Assembly (NCBI RefSeq): GCF_036588685.1
Contig: NC_086375.1
Location: forward strand, 47,492,001-47,556,000
Source of the DNA: Mytilus trossulus
Taxonomy: Eukaryota
DNA: 64,000 nucleotides
Direction of reading: 5' to 3'
The notes under the pieces are model-generated. The model did no database searches, had not been told where the DNA came from, and was given only the letters and a program-made list of their open reading frames with translations. The translations under genes were made by a program, and so were the position numbers. This document shows, in pieces, positions 36,846 through 50,525 of this stretch (within the stretch, counting starts at the first letter, position 1; the number at the start of each line of letters is the position of its first letter).

Positions 36846-37835
36846 TATGTTATTTTGGTATCTTTCGAATTTGCTTTATTGTTCCCGCTTAATTTTTTTC
36901 ACGTTGTTTTTTTACTTTGATCTGAAGAAATAATTGTTTGTATTTTGTTTTTCTATTGTTGTATTTTGTTAACCATACTGTTTTGAATGTTCCCTTCGTA
37001 CCCTTTGCCTAGCTCTTTTTATTCCGAATACATACACATTTTACATAAACATATTACTCTATTTTAAAAACAATTAAGCTGCCGTGTGAACATTATGAAA
37101 AAGTCGATCTTGACTAGGAATTGATAAACCATTGTGACCACAAAGTTAACCAAAAACTCAACAACCTTTATTTGAATCGGTAATCTTTTGTGGTTTTTTG
37201 TTTGATTTTTTTTCTTGTTTATGAAGTATTCATGTTGTTATCTAATGATTTGTTTTTATTTGCGTTAACATCAAAGTGTGTTGCCCATTAACATTGATAT
37301 TTTGTTTCAATATGAATACTTATCATTGATTTTTATCAAAAAATTAACTGTCTGTAACAACCTTTTCGTGTCATTCCTTCAGTGTATTGTGAATACATAG
37401 CTAACAACATAAACATTTTTCATATAAGATAATTTATTTTCATAATATAAATCACTGTTATCATTTTACAATAATTAACAATAATAACTTTTGTCTTTTC
37501 ACCATTTAAGTTTTTTCTTTAAATTCATCATCTTGACTAATTTCATATTGTTTCTCAAAGAACTATTTCGTTTCTCTTTAAGTTCATACTGATGATTGAT
37601 TTCACATTGTTTTTGTAAGTTCGTGTCCTTGCCCATCACCGGCACTACTTATTCTCCATCTGAAATACTGTAACTCGACAGGAATATTTCAATCCATCGT
37701 AGGAATGTACACCAGTGGTACATTCCATCTCCAACTGCTTCTATCTCAAAGTCTTTTGACAGCAAAAGGTTTTGCTATTCTTAACACAAGATGTGTTTAG
37801 TAAATGTTTATCTCCGGGCAGAGATAAGTTCAAGT

Positions 37836-38384
37836 TCATCGTGCAAAAACACGTTTAAGCACATTGGTTTTCTTTTTTCTATATCTAATAGCGGCGCAGA
37901 CGACACTTTCGAAGACATTCTTAACTCCCTCATTTGTAGCAGCAGAACATTTGTTGTAATAGTCCGCATTAATTGATTTCATAAAGTTTTGTCCTTCAGC
38001 GTCTGATACATGATCAGTATTATTCTCATCACGCATCTCACTCTGTGTAGCCACTAAAACAATTGGTTTCTTCTTATGGAGTTTTCTGACCATTGGAACC
38101 CAAAAGGATTTGACGTTTTCAAATGATTCTTTGTCAACTGCACTGTAGCATACAACAATGACGTCAGCTTCTGTTATTGTTTTGCATCTTGCTGATTGAA
38201 TTTCGAAGATATTGACGCTGTATTTGTCACCGTAGGCAGACACGGACCCAGTTGTTGTTTCTGCAACCGTAGCAACATATTTGTCTGAGAATTGGCTTCC
38301 AGCAAATCTTTTAGCAAGACATGTCTTGCCTACCATTCCATCACCAACAACGGCACAGGAAACAGTGTTTTCGTAGCATACCAT
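37836..38384 (-). CDS. Atypical Rho-like small GTPase, intronless, 182 aa
   Basis: Near-identical paralogue of 6873-7421. The homologous ATG is at 38384 (the ORF track extends to an upstream TTG). G4-like motif is ATQSE. TATA box at 38466-38473. Confidence 0.92.
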   Translation of the reverse strand: MVCYENTVSCAVVGDGMVGKTCLAKRFAGSQFSDKYVATVAETTTGSVSAYGDKYSVNIFEIQSARCKTITEADVIVVCYSAVDKESFENVKSFWVPMVRKLHKKKPIVLVATQSEMRDENNTDHVSDAEGQNFMKSINADYYNKCSAATNEGVKNVFESVVCAAIRYRKKKTNVLKRVFAR

Positions 38385-41300
38385 TTTGTACAATTTCTGT
38401 TTTATACCTTCAAACGTGTAATATGTCAGTAGAAAAGTGTTATGCTAAATGAAAAATCTTTAGCCCTTTTATAGATCCCGAGTCGTTTGCCTGGGTAAAT
38501 CCATTGTTTATACAGATCTCCTACTAAGTGAAGATTCTATTGTTTAATCATGACAACCCTGTGTGATCAAATTTACCCCCAAGTGTTTCAACCTAGATAA
38601 CTCTCTCACTGCTTTGGGCTGAAATATGAAACTTTTTATTGTTTTATTTATAGCATTTTTCTCTTACAGTTTTAACAAAAAGGAAACATTTGTTTGTTAT
38701 CTTCATGTTATTGAATCTTGATTATGATGTTGTCTAGTTTTTCCTTGTTTTGATATTTGAAAGTTTGTTAACTCGATGCAGTTAGACATAGTAAATTGCC
38801 AGTTAGCAATATAGTAAGGAAAAGGGAAAAGACAAAACAGAATAATCATATAGTTTGAAAAACATAACAGACGTATTATTGATTAGTAAAACATAATCGG
38901 CACCAATTTGACTGCCCTTGGTTCACATTGCGACAATTACTGTCTCTGCAGTGATGCAAAATACAAAATATTTGTAAATCAAAAGCATATACAAAACGGG
39001 CCAACAGTAAAGCAAATATTTTTTATTCTAGTTTTTAAGTACATCAAAAGAAGTAATTTTACATGCCACATTCTTTTTTGAATTACGATATGTTGTCGAA
39101 AGTTAAATCCCTTGCAAACTAGGAGAAACTTATTACTTCATTTTTCATATAACAGTTTCCTTTCGTAAGATTTTTAATGGTTGTCCTGATGATCTATTGC
39201 TTACTATTGAAAACAGTAGATAATTTTCAGTGAATGAGTATTGCAAAGTATCTTTATTGTCAACTGGAATAGTTTCGAGATTAAAATTTGTATTATCAAA
39301 TGCACGAACAGTCAAGAAGGAAAAGAAATCATAACGATGAACTCTGGACAATTATGCATAAGCAACAAAGAAGCATTTTCTTCAAACAATATATTATTAT
39401 AAAAATGATGCCTCTTTTACTATAGGTGATACACATTTTTGCTTACACTTCAAACTTCGAGTGGGTATCTATTCATTATTTACTTGCCTTTGTTTTAAAT
39501 GATTGTATCAGGCACACAGAAAGCTATCAAATGGATTGTTTTGATTTTGAACAAAGAAACATATTCCCCACAGAGATATAACAATAGGTGTAACATGAAG
39601 CGACCTGGTGGTAATAATGTCAAAACAAGGAACATATTGCGATATTTACATGTAATGGAACTTGTTTTCCTCTGTATATAAAGCTTTGATACTTTGCTTT
39701 TTATAATACAAATTAAGTTTATCTAACTAGCTTGGATGAAAATTGTATGGAAATATTTGGATTAACAAGTGTATTTCTTGAAGTCTTGTGTGCATAATAA
39801 AAATGCTACGATGAATGCGGGGAAGTAAATAAAGTTTCATCAAGTTAATGTCGCTATGATTTGGATATAAAATAGCGAAAATGTTTAGAATTATTTACAT
39901 TAGAATGAAGAAATGCACAGTGCCGCAGTGATACTGTACACACATATTTTTTCCAACTGGATGTTATTCATTGATTTCCACATGACGTTATGACTTTATT
40001 AGCATATTCTATATATTTTATGGAAATATATCTAGTGCATTAAAAATTATTAATTTTTAATATTTATTACTAAGTATCTAGATTGTCAAATGTACATTTA
40101 TTCCTTTGTTCAGAGTAGCTTTTATTTTCCTTTTATTGCTGAAAGGTCGACGTTTATGATATCTCGAATTAAGTGTATGTGAACAGTGTACCTTAATAGA
40201 AATAGTCGTTTGTACACATTAGGATTTGGGATTCAATAGTGGAAACGACTCGTAATCAGAAAAAGCAAGAATTCATAACTGGATATCATCTGTTATTTGC
40301 TATTAAAAAAAAACCAATCAACTCTGTCATTGGACAAAAATATCACGTTGATTTAAAGGTGTTGCAAATGAAATCTAATACCGAATATATATGTTCTCAC
40401 ATCAAATGCAAAAAATAAATATTATATAATTTTTCTTGTTTTGCTGTTCAATATGTTTGTACTAGTTTGTTAATTTTATCCTTGATAAATGTCTATTTCA
40501 AATTTCCTACTACCTAAATATAGGGAAAACGGCAGTATTACATTTTCCCAGGATGAGGTTGGCCTTTTGTGTACCCAAGGCAGGTGAAGGAAGTCATATT
40601 AGGAGCGCTGTGACTGGATGTAATGGTACAATATATGTTTTTTTAGCTATGAATAGCTGCAGTGTGTATATTTGCAATCTAAATTTTGAAACCTATTGAA
40701 ATATTTTCTAGAGAATTATTCGAAAAGACTTTCAAAATTTCATAAATTTGTCGTAAACTGACGGTGGGCATGGATAACACAAACAAGCTCTGTTGTAAGT
40801 TGGTCATGATACTATTTTGCTTTAATTCTTAAAACATAAAAATACAGTACTAAGACCACGTATAACTGTTTTATCCAGGTTTTTATCATGAAAAGTGGTA
40901 AATTTAGAAAATGTTAATATTGCCGCCTATGGCAGAATAAATAGTACCGTTTTCCTTTTAACAATGGTAATATACCATTGTTCAAAATTTATTAATCGAT
41001 TTAACGGAAACAAATCCGGGTACCAAGTGCATTGTGCAAAGATGACAGTATAATAAATTGCATCATTAAATAAGTTCTTATGTCTATCGAACACTCTCTG
41101 GAGCTCTTTGGACATTTTTTGGTTATTGTCCCATGAGTCCTGGTTGTTTTAGTGATAATTAATTGCTAATGAGGCTTAGAATAAAGAACTTTTGGATTAA
41201 AGTTTAAATTTCGAAAGGTTGTATATTTTGACTGAATTTGTAAGTTGCTATCTAATGGACGTTTGTCCTATTTAATCTTTCCCTTTTATTCTTTTAATAA

Positions 41301-42469
41301 AATTCATACAGTTTAATCTACAAATATATACAATCGGGCCGTTTCTTTATTTCTTTAAAATGATTAATAATTTTGTTATACATGCTCATTTGTGTTTAGC
41401 TACCTAGATGTTACGAGTATACGTTATTTAAAGTGACAGAGAAATGTAGCAGCAGTAGTTTACTGATGTTGAGATCCAGTAAATCCATTTTGAATACACA
41501 AAAAAAGACATAAACAAAACTTAAGGGAAATTACATAAGACAAGTGCGTTCAGATGGATTAGTTCTGTAATGCAGGACTACTCTGAAATGTGAATCAGGA
41601 CTCAGTTAGAAACAATTCATAAAATAGAAAAGAATATGTCTAGCTATTTTAAAGATCACAGTATAATACTGCTTTTGAATTCAATACCGACAAAACATGT
41701 TCCTAGTTAGATGCAAAACATAGCAAATGATGACAACTTATATGATTTCTTGAAACGGATTGTAAAATCCTTTAAAAGTGATATGAACTCATTTCGTCTA
41801 CATTTTGCTGAGGTTTACTCTATAAAGTATCCAAAAATTAAGTTACTGAAAATCAGATAACCTAAGTTGAAGTTCCTTTTTTATGATTAAACTTATATTA
41901 AGAGTAACATATATGAAGAAGTTTAGCATCATATCATGACCTTCTTCATTTAACAAACTTAATCGATGAAAAAAAGATATCTTTTCCATGTTATCTTTCT
42001 ATATTAAGTAGCAATAAAGTCAGTATCTATACTGCAAATTTTATTGTTTCATTTAAAATAAACTTAAATGGCGTATGTTTCCTAAAAACGTTTTAAATGG
42101 CAATGATAGAGGGCTACTGCTACTTTAAAAAAGAGAGGACATTGCTAACGAAAGATATTTTTTTATTTTTCGAAGCTGTTATCCGGTAAATTTTCTTGCA
42201 TTATATATTATGACCTCCTATCGTATACAACATGTACCATACGTGAAGAATGAGCTAAGTATATATGAAAGCCTTAAAGTGTTTATGTTGATAAATCTTT
42301 GGTTGTCTGAGTGTCATTTCTAAACTGCCGGTGTTTTCTTTCTAAACTCAAGTATGTTCTTTTTATTGCTAGCTTATTTTTTGTTTCTTTCTTTCTTTTT
42401 TCTTTCTTATTTCTTTGAAGATTAAAGGTGAAAACCATATTGAAAGGTTGAGATATGACTATGAACATC

Positions 42470-42730
42470 TTGTCAATACTAGAACTAGCACTTGTATTGT
42501 CTACAGTTTAATTATATAATACTAAAAGTAAACAAAAATGTCGACTATACACAGAAAACAATGAAATAAATCAAACGATATCAATTTACACACCACAAGC
42601 AGTGAAACGGTCATATAGGTAGAACTCCAGGGGTCTTTTATGATCATATACATGTTAATTTATAAACAATAGAATTTTCACTTTGCAGGAGATATTTTTC
42701 AAACAATAAAAGAAACAGAGCGATTAACCT
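42470..42730 (+). promoter_or_regulatory. Orphan copy of the + strand Rho promoter, no gene downstream
   Basis: Aligns by eye with 6550-6775 (caccacaagcagtgaaa..ggtcatataggta.aactccagggg..aaacaatagaatt.tcactttgcaggagatatttt). TATA segment absent. Confidence 0.7.
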
Positions 42731-44153
42731 AAATTTAGATACTCAACGTTATGATTTCAGTTTTGCAAAACATAGAATTTTTTTTTTCGTTGTGCCATAT
42801 ACATATCAGTCGAAATTAATGTTTAATGGCTTCTGAAGCGGTTTTGTCCACAACAATTCAACATGATTTTAATAGACCCATTCACTTTTATTTGACCTGA
42901 TAAATGTAAGATAAGATGACAGCATACTTATGTCTATGTCATTAGAGTATCATCAGGTGAGCACAGACAGACGAAGGACTGGTATAAGTCGGATAAATAT
43001 AACCTGAGATCATCTCCATTATTTGATGTATTTTTTTTCAATTTAGTGTCTTGTTTTCTGTGTATTCTTTAGTTAAGTGTTTTTTCATTGTTGTATTAAA
43101 ATCACAAAAAAAAAATTCCGAGGAAAATTCAAAACGGACAATCTTAAATCAAATAGTATAATTAAAAGATAAAACATATGAAACGAATGGATAACAACTG
43201 TAATATTCCTGACTTGGTACACACATTTTTGTATGTAGAAAATTGTGGATTGAACCTGGTTTTATAGCTTGCTAAACCTCTCACTTTTATAACAGTCGCA
43301 TCAAATAATGAGAGTTTAATACACCTTCTGTATCTTCTTCATCTGTATTTTTTCTGATATATAAACATTTGACGTGTGCTGGATGTGAACTGAGTAATTT
43401 ATTCACACATTAAAACAACTAGTGGATCTCGTCTTTAATAACAGAGAACACCTAAGCTAACCATAACCTGAATTGTTTTTGTTTTATTATATTGGGTTTT
43501 GAATATTGCATGTTTTTCGTGTTTTTTGTTATGCCCTCCGATCGTTTTGAAGTAGTTGTATCCCATTATACGTTTTTAATTGCTTTTGGATAAAAACAAA
43601 AACAAAAAACAAAGATTTTCCCATTAACATTGATGTTTTGTTTCAATATGAAAACATTTCAATGATTTTCGTCCAAAATGTTACTGACTGTAATAACCTT
43701 TACATGTCATCCCTTTCAATGTATTATGAGTATATAGCAAACAAAATAAATATTTTTCATATAAGATTTATTTTCATAATATAAATCACTGTTATCATTT
43801 CACAATAATTAACAAAAATAATTTGTGTCTTTTCACCACTTCAGTTTTTTCTTCAAATTCATCATCATGACTAATTTGATATTGTTTTTCAATGAATTAA
43901 GTTCAAATTGATTTCATATTGTTTTTGTAAGTTCGTGTCCTTGCCAATCACCGGCACTACTTTTTCTCCATCTCCATCTCAATTACTGTAATTCGACAGC
44001 AGCATTTCAATCGATCGTAGGAATGTACACCAGTGGTACATTGCATCTCCAACTCCTTCTATCTCAAAGTCTTTTGATAGCAAAAGGGTTTGTTATTCTT
44101 AGCACAAGATGTGTTTAGTAAATGTTTATCTCCGGGCAGAGATAAGTTCAGGT

Positions 44154-44702
44154 TCATCGTGCAAAAACACGTTTAAGCACATTGGTTTTCTTTTTCCTAT
44201 ATCTAATTGCGGCGCAGACGACACTTTCGAAGACATTCTTTACTCCTTCATTTGTAACAGCAGAACATTTGTTGTAATAATCAGCATTAATTGATTTCAT
44301 AAAGTTTTGTCCTTCAGCGTCTGATACATGATCAGTATTATTCTCATCACGCATGTCACTATGTGTAGCGACTAAAACAATTGGTTTCTTCTTATGGAGC
44401 TTTCTGACCATTGGAATCCAAAAGGATTTGACGTTTTCAAATGATTCTTTGTCAACTGCACTGTAGCATACAACAATGACGTCAGCTTCTGTTATTGTTT
44501 TGCATCTTGCTGATTGATCTTCATAGATATTGACGCTGTATTTGTCACCGTAAGCAGATACAGAACCAGTGGATGTTTCTGCAACCGTAGCAACATATGT
44601 GTCTGAGAATTGGCTTCCAGCAAATCTTTTAGCAAGGCATGTCTTGCCTACCATTCCTTCACCAACAACGGCACAGGAAACAGTGTTTTCGTAGCATACC
44701 AT
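44154..44702 (-). CDS. Atypical Rho-like small GTPase, intronless, 182 aa
   Basis: Paralogue with P-loop variant GEGMVGKT. ATG at 44702. TATA box at 44784-44791. Confidence 0.92.
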   Translation of the reverse strand: MVCYENTVSCAVVGEGMVGKTCLAKRFAGSQFSDTYVATVAETSTGSVSAYGDKYSVNIYEDQSARCKTITEADVIVVCYSAVDKESFENVKSFWIPMVRKLHKKKPIVLVATHSDMRDENNTDHVSDAEGQNFMKSINADYYNKCSAVTNEGVKNVFESVVCAAIRYRKKKTNVLKRVFAR

Positions 44703-45599
44703 TTTGTACAATTTCTGATTAAAATCTTGAAACGTGTTCTTAGTCAGTAAAAAAGTGTTATGCCAAATGTAAAATCTTCAGTCCTTTTATAGATCCCGAG
44801 TTGCTTGCCTGGATAAATCCATTGTTCATAAAGATCTCCTACTAAGTGAAGATTCTATTGTTTATAAATGACAACCTTGTGTGATCAAATTCACCCCCAA
44901 GTGTTTCAACCTAGATTACTCTCTCACTGCTTGGGGCTGAAATATGAAACTTTTTATTGTTTTATTTTTAGCACTTTTTTATTGCAATTTTAGCTAAAAG
45001 GAAACAATTCTTTTTTAAACTCTTGATATTGAACATTATGATTTTGTTTCGTTTTATTTGTTTTGATATTTGATAGCTCGTAAATTCGATGCAGAAAAAT
45101 AACATAGTACATTATGCAATATATTACGGGAAAATGGTGGTACTTTTAAAAAAGTACATTGTTGACGACAAATATATACTTTTTTTTTGCCATGATCTCA
45201 TATATTTTCCTACATTGGTGACTTATGATTACCGAAATATGGTGTGCAACACGACATGTGGAAAACATGCAGCAGGAACTCGTTTACCTTAGAATTATGA
45301 TAATTTTATAAATCTTTAGGGTTACCTGACAGTTTGCTTAACTGTCGCTATCTTTTTTTTATCTTTCTAAAACCATGAGTAAAAACATAAGGTTTTTATT
45401 GCTCACTTGCTATTTCCTAAATCTATTGTTAGTGTTGTTCTATTGATAACTTAATACTGTTAACATAGATAATATTTTTTTAGAATTTACTATGAATATA
45501 ATAATGAGGACTTTTCTTGATTCTTGAATCTGTTTTTTTCATTGTGTTTGTTTTTCTGATAACTTATATTAAACGTATTGTACAACATGGTTTAATGGT

Positions 45600-45800
45600 C
45601 ACTTCCGCACAACTAACAATGAAATTAATAAGACAATATAAATTTGCACACCAGCAGCGGTGATATGGTACAAAGGTGCAACTCCAGGGGGCTAATATAA
45701 TCACATACATGCAAATTTATAAACAGTAGAATGTCACTTTGCAGGAGATATTTTTCAAACAATAGAAGCAATAGAGCGATCCACCTATGTTCTGTAAAAG
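45600..45800 (+). promoter_or_regulatory. Orphan promoter copy with mutated TATA
   Basis: Homologous to 6600-6795; gttctgtaaaag replaces gttctataaaag. Confidence 0.65.
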
Positions 45801-47013
45801 TTATCCAGCTGAAAATTTCTCACAACATATTTGTTGTTCTAACGCTTTTTTATGTAACAATTTTATTTTCTTTGTAATTTTGATACAGAACATTATGATT
45901 TCAGTTTCCAAAATATCGAATTTTCTATATCTGAGTGGCATAAAACCTAAAATTGGTCGCTTATATAGAGATTTTGTCTTCAACAGAGACTTTATGATTT
46001 GGAATAGGCATCTTTACTAATATTTGAAGTATTCCATTAACGATAGAAGTATCCAAACAACCAGGTTGGCACAGAAAGATGAATGACTGATATAAGTAAG
46101 ATAGGCATAACTCGAAATGATCCATGTTTTGGTGCAGTTTGTGTTGCTCAGTCTTTTTTTTTCTAAGTAATTCTTTGATGACTTGTTTGCCTTTGTGTCG
46201 TTAATTGTTTTTAACCATGACAATGTCAGCCTCTTAAGTGTTAAATATCCGCCTCGCATCTTCTATCTCTTTTTGGTTATGTCTAATACATGAACATTTG
46301 TCATATGTGTTGAAACAAATTGGAAGATTTTATGTGTTGAAAATGTACAGAACAAATAAATTGAACGTTATAAAACGAGTGGACACTGACCGGGAATTGC
46401 TTAACTAGTTGGAACACAAACATTTAAAGAATTTTTTTCCGCAACCTTTATTTTACTTTGTGATTTTTTATGTTCTTTATTTTGTTTTTTCATCTTTTTG
46501 TATGAGTGTTCATTGTGTTGTACCCAGTAACATTATTGCTTTGTTTCAATCGGTATACTTTCCATCGATTTGTATCAAAAGCTGACTGACTGTAAGAACG
46601 GTTACACTTCATCCCTTCAGTTTATCATAAGTAAATGGTTAACAAAACAAATCATTTTCATGTAAGATAATTTATTCAAACAACATAAATTAAAGTAATA
46701 CAATAATATACAAGTATTGTTTGTGTTTTTTCACCATATAGTTTTTTCTCTTTAAGTTCATCATCGTAATTAATTTCACATTGTTTTTGTACGTTTCTTG
46801 TCCTTGAACATCACCGGCACTACTTCAACTCCGTCTCAATCACTGTTATTCGACAGCAGTATTTTAATCCGTCTTTGGAATGTACACCAGTGGTACATTC
46901 CATCTCTAACTCCTTCTATCTTAAAGTCTTTTGACAGCAAGAATTTTGCTATTTTGACACATTTCAAAATGTGTAAAGTATAGGTTTATCTCCGGGCAGA
47001 GATAAGTTCAAGT

Positions 47014-47562
47014 TCATCGTGCGAAAACACGTTTAAGCACATTGGTTTTCTTTTTTCTATATCTAATAGCGGCGCAGACGACACTTTCGAAGACATTCTT
47101 CACTCCCTCATTTGTAGCTGCAGAACATTTGTTGTAATAGTCAGCGTTAATTGATTTCATAAAGTTTTGTCCTTCAGCATCTGATACATGATCGGTATTA
47201 TTCTCATCCCGCATGTCACTATGTGTAGCGACTAAAACAATTGGTTTCTTCTTATGGAGCTTTCTGACCATTGTAATCCAAAAGGATTTGACGTTTTCAA
47301 ATGATTCTTTGTCAACGGCACTGTAGCATACGACAATGACGTCAGCTTCTGTTATTGTTTTGCATCTTGCTGATTGATCTTCATAGATATTGACGCTGTA
47401 TTTGTCACCGTAAGCAGATACATAACCAGTGGATGTTTCTGCAACTGTAGCAACATATTTGTCTGAGAATTGGCTTCCAGCAAATCTTTTAGCAAGGCAT
47501 GTCTTGCCTACCATTCCATCACCAACAACGGCACAGGAAACAGTGTTCTCGTAGCAAACCAT
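47014..47562 (-). CDS. Atypical Rho-like small GTPase, intronless, 182 aa
   Basis: Intact ORF, paralogue of the above. TATA box at 47643-47650. Confidence 0.92.
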   Translation of the reverse strand: MVCYENTVSCAVVGDGMVGKTCLAKRFAGSQFSDKYVATVAETSTGYVSAYGDKYSVNIYEDQSARCKTITEADVIVVCYSAVDKESFENVKSFWITMVRKLHKKKPIVLVATHSDMRDENNTDHVSDAEGQNFMKSINADYYNKCSAATNEGVKNVFESVVCAAIRYRKKKTNVLKRVFAR

Positions 47563-48489
47563 GTTTTCAATTTCTGTTTAAAATCTTTAAACGTGTAATA
47601 AGTCAGTAGAAAAGTGATATGCCAAATGTAAAATCTTCAGCCCTTTTATAGATCCCAAGTCGTTTGCCTGGGTAAATCCATTGTTCATAAAGATATCCTA
47701 CTAAGTGAAGATTCTATTGTTTATAAATGACAACCCTGTGTGATCAAATTTACCCCCAAGTGTTATAACCTTGATAACTCTTTCACTGCTTGTGGCTGAA
47801 ATATGAAACCTAGTATTGTTGTATATTTTTAGCAATATATTATTGCAATTGTAGCTAAAAGGAAGCAATTTTTTGTCATTACCCGTTATGATTTTGTCTC
47901 GTTTTTTTTAATTTGTTTTGATATTTGATAGTTTGTAAATTCGATGCAGAAAAACAACATAGTACATACATGATATTGGAACAATTGTGGTACTTTAAGA
48001 ACATAATACATTGTTGACGACAGATATACTCTATTTTTTGTAGCCATGATCCCATATATTTCCTGCATTGGTGACTTATAATTATTTATATATAGTGTGC
48101 AATACAACATGCGGAATGTGTGAAGCAGGAACTCGTTTACCTTAGAATTATGATTGTTTTATAAATCTTTAGGTTATCTGAGTTTTTGTTAAACCACCGC
48201 TATTTTTTATCTTTCTAAAATCATGTATACAAGCATATGAATTTAACTTCTCACTTGCTTTTTCTTAATTCTATTTCTCGTGTTGTTCTTTGAATTACTT
48301 GGGACTGTTGATTATAAATATTTTGAGAACTTCCTATAAATATCTTAATGTGTTTTTTTCTTGTTTCATGAATCTGTCTTTCCGTTGTGAATGTTATTCT
48401 GATAATTTAATTAACATATTGTGCAACATGGTTTAACAGAAATAATATGAACTTAGAAGAAAGTTTAAAAAGACAGAATTTCGATTTGT

Positions 48490-48765
48490 TTGTCAAAATT
48501 TGTATTAGTACTTAGATTATCTTCATTGTAAGAATATGATACTAAAAGTAAACAAAATAATTGCTTACACACAATTTACAACGAAATAAATGAAACAATA
48601 TCAATTTACACAACACAAGCAGTGAAATGGTCATATAAATAGAACTCCAGGGGGCTAATACAAGCACATACATATGAATTTATAGACAATAGAATTGTCA
48701 CTTAGCAGGAGATATTTGTCAAACAATAGAAGCAATAGAGCAATCAACCTATGTTCAGTAAAGAG
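48490..48765 (+). promoter_or_regulatory. Orphan promoter copy with mutated TATA
   Basis: Homologous to 6550-6795; gttcagtaaagagc at the TATA position. Confidence 0.65.
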
Positions 48766-49976
48766 CATCCAGTTTAAAATTTCTCACACAATACTTGTCG
48801 TCCTAATTAATTTTTTGTAACATTTTATTTTCATTGAAATCTTGATACATCACATTATGATTTCAGTTTCCAAACTTAAAATTTTCTATTTCGAAGTGAC
48901 ATATGGCTATCGGTCAAAATTAAAGTATGGTTGCTTCTAAGGAGGTTTTGTCCACAATAAAGATTTCATGATTTTGAACAGGCAACTTCACTGATTCTGA
49001 CTTCAAGATAAGATGAAAGTATGCCAACGACAATAGAAGTATCTCTAGAACCATGTTGGTACAGAAAGATGAAGGACTGATATAAGTGGGTAGACTTAAC
49101 TCGAGATGACCCATTCTTTTGGACGAGTATGTGTTGCTCGGTTTTTTTTCTATGTAATTCTTGGGTGACTTGTTTGCTTTTTTCTCGTTAATTATGTTTA
49201 GCCATGACAATTCCAGTTTATTAAGTGTTTAATATCCGCTCCGCATCTTCCATCTCTTTTTGGTTATGTCTAATACATGACAATTTATAATATGTGTTGA
49301 TAATGTACAAAACAAATATATCGAACGCTATCAAACGATTGGCCATTGACCGGGAATTGCTTTACCAATTGGAGCACAATCATTTTAAACATTTTATCCG
49401 CAACCTTTATTTTACTTTGTGATTTTTTATGTTCTTTATTTTATTTTTTCATCTTTTTGTATGAGTGTTCATTGTGTTGTACCCAGTAACATTACTGCTT
49501 TGTTTCAATCGGTATACTTTCCATCGATTTGTACCAAAAGCTGACTGACTGTGTAAGAACGGTTACATATCATCCCTTCAGTATATCATAAGTAAATGGT
49601 TAACAGAACAAATATTTTTTATGTAATATAATTTATTCTTACAACATAAATTAAAGTTATACAATAATATACAAGTTTTGTTTGTGTCTTTTCACCATAT
49701 AAGTTTTTGTTCTCTTTAAGTTCATCATCGTTATTAATGTCACATTGTTTTTGTCAGTGTTTGTCCTTGCCCATCACAGGAACTACTTCATCTCCATTTC
49801 AATCACAGTAATACGACAGCAGTATTTCGATTCGTCTTTGGAATGTACACCAGTGGTACATTCTATCTCCAACTCCGTCTATCTCAAAGTCTTTTGACAG
49901 CAAGTATTTTGCTATTTTGGCACATTTTAAAATGTGTAAAGTATAGGTATATCTCCGGGCAGAGATAAGTTCAAGT

Positions 49977-50525
49977 TCATCGTGCAAAAACACGTTTAAG
50001 CACATTGGTTTTCTTTTTTCTATGTCTAATAGCGGCGCAGACGACACTTTCGAAAACATTCTTTACTCCTTCGTTTGTAGCTGCAGAACATTTGTTGTAA
50101 TAGTCAGCATTTATTGATTTCATAAAGTTTTGTCCTTCAGCATCTGATACATGATCGGTATTATTCTCATCACGCATGTCACTCTGTGTAGCGACTAAAA
50201 CAATTGGTTTCTTCTTATGGAGCTTTCTTACCATTGGAATCCAAAACGATTTGACGTTTTCAAATGATTCTTTGTCAACTGCACTGTAGCATACGACAAT
50301 GACGTCAGCTTCTGTTATTGTTTTGCATCTTGCTGATTGATCTTCATAGATATTGACGCTGTATTTGTCACCGTAGGCAGATACGGACCCAGTTGTTGTT
50401 TCTGCAACCGTAGCAACATATTTGTCTGAGAATTGGCTTCCAGCAAATCTTTTAGCAAGACATGTCTTGCCTACTATTCCATCACCAACAATGGCACAGG
50501 AAACAGTGTTCTCGTAGCAAACCAT
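49977..50525 (-). CDS. Atypical Rho-like small GTPase, intronless, 182 aa
   Basis: Intact ORF with P-loop GDGIVGKT. TATA box at ~50606-50613. Confidence 0.92.
   Translation of the reverse strand: MVCYENTVSCAIVGDGIVGKTCLAKRFAGSQFSDKYVATVAETTTGSVSAYGDKYSVNIYEDQSARCKTITEADVIVVCYSAVDKESFENVKSFWIPMVRKLHKKKPIVLVATQSDMRDENNTDHVSDAEGQNFMKSINADYYNKCSAATNEGVKNVFESVVCAAIRHRKKKTNVLKRVFAR

Noticed and set aside
36377-36892. ORFs and a CRISPR-like or satellite appearance in the repeat array
   Set aside because: Units are short, irregular and in both orientations without unique spacers. They are explained as transposon subterminal repeats in a eukaryotic genome.
37702-37726. CAGTG in a hairpin loop resembling an iron-responsive element
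   Set aside because: It lies antisense to the mRNA and lacks the 5-bp upper stem and bulged C geometry of an IRE.
49799-50059. Overlapping alternative-frame ORF, plus the antisense 61-aa ORFs at 7281, 37791 and 44109
   Set aside because: These are shadows of the duplicated GTPase 3' end; their recurrence reflects recent duplication and the frames break in other copies.
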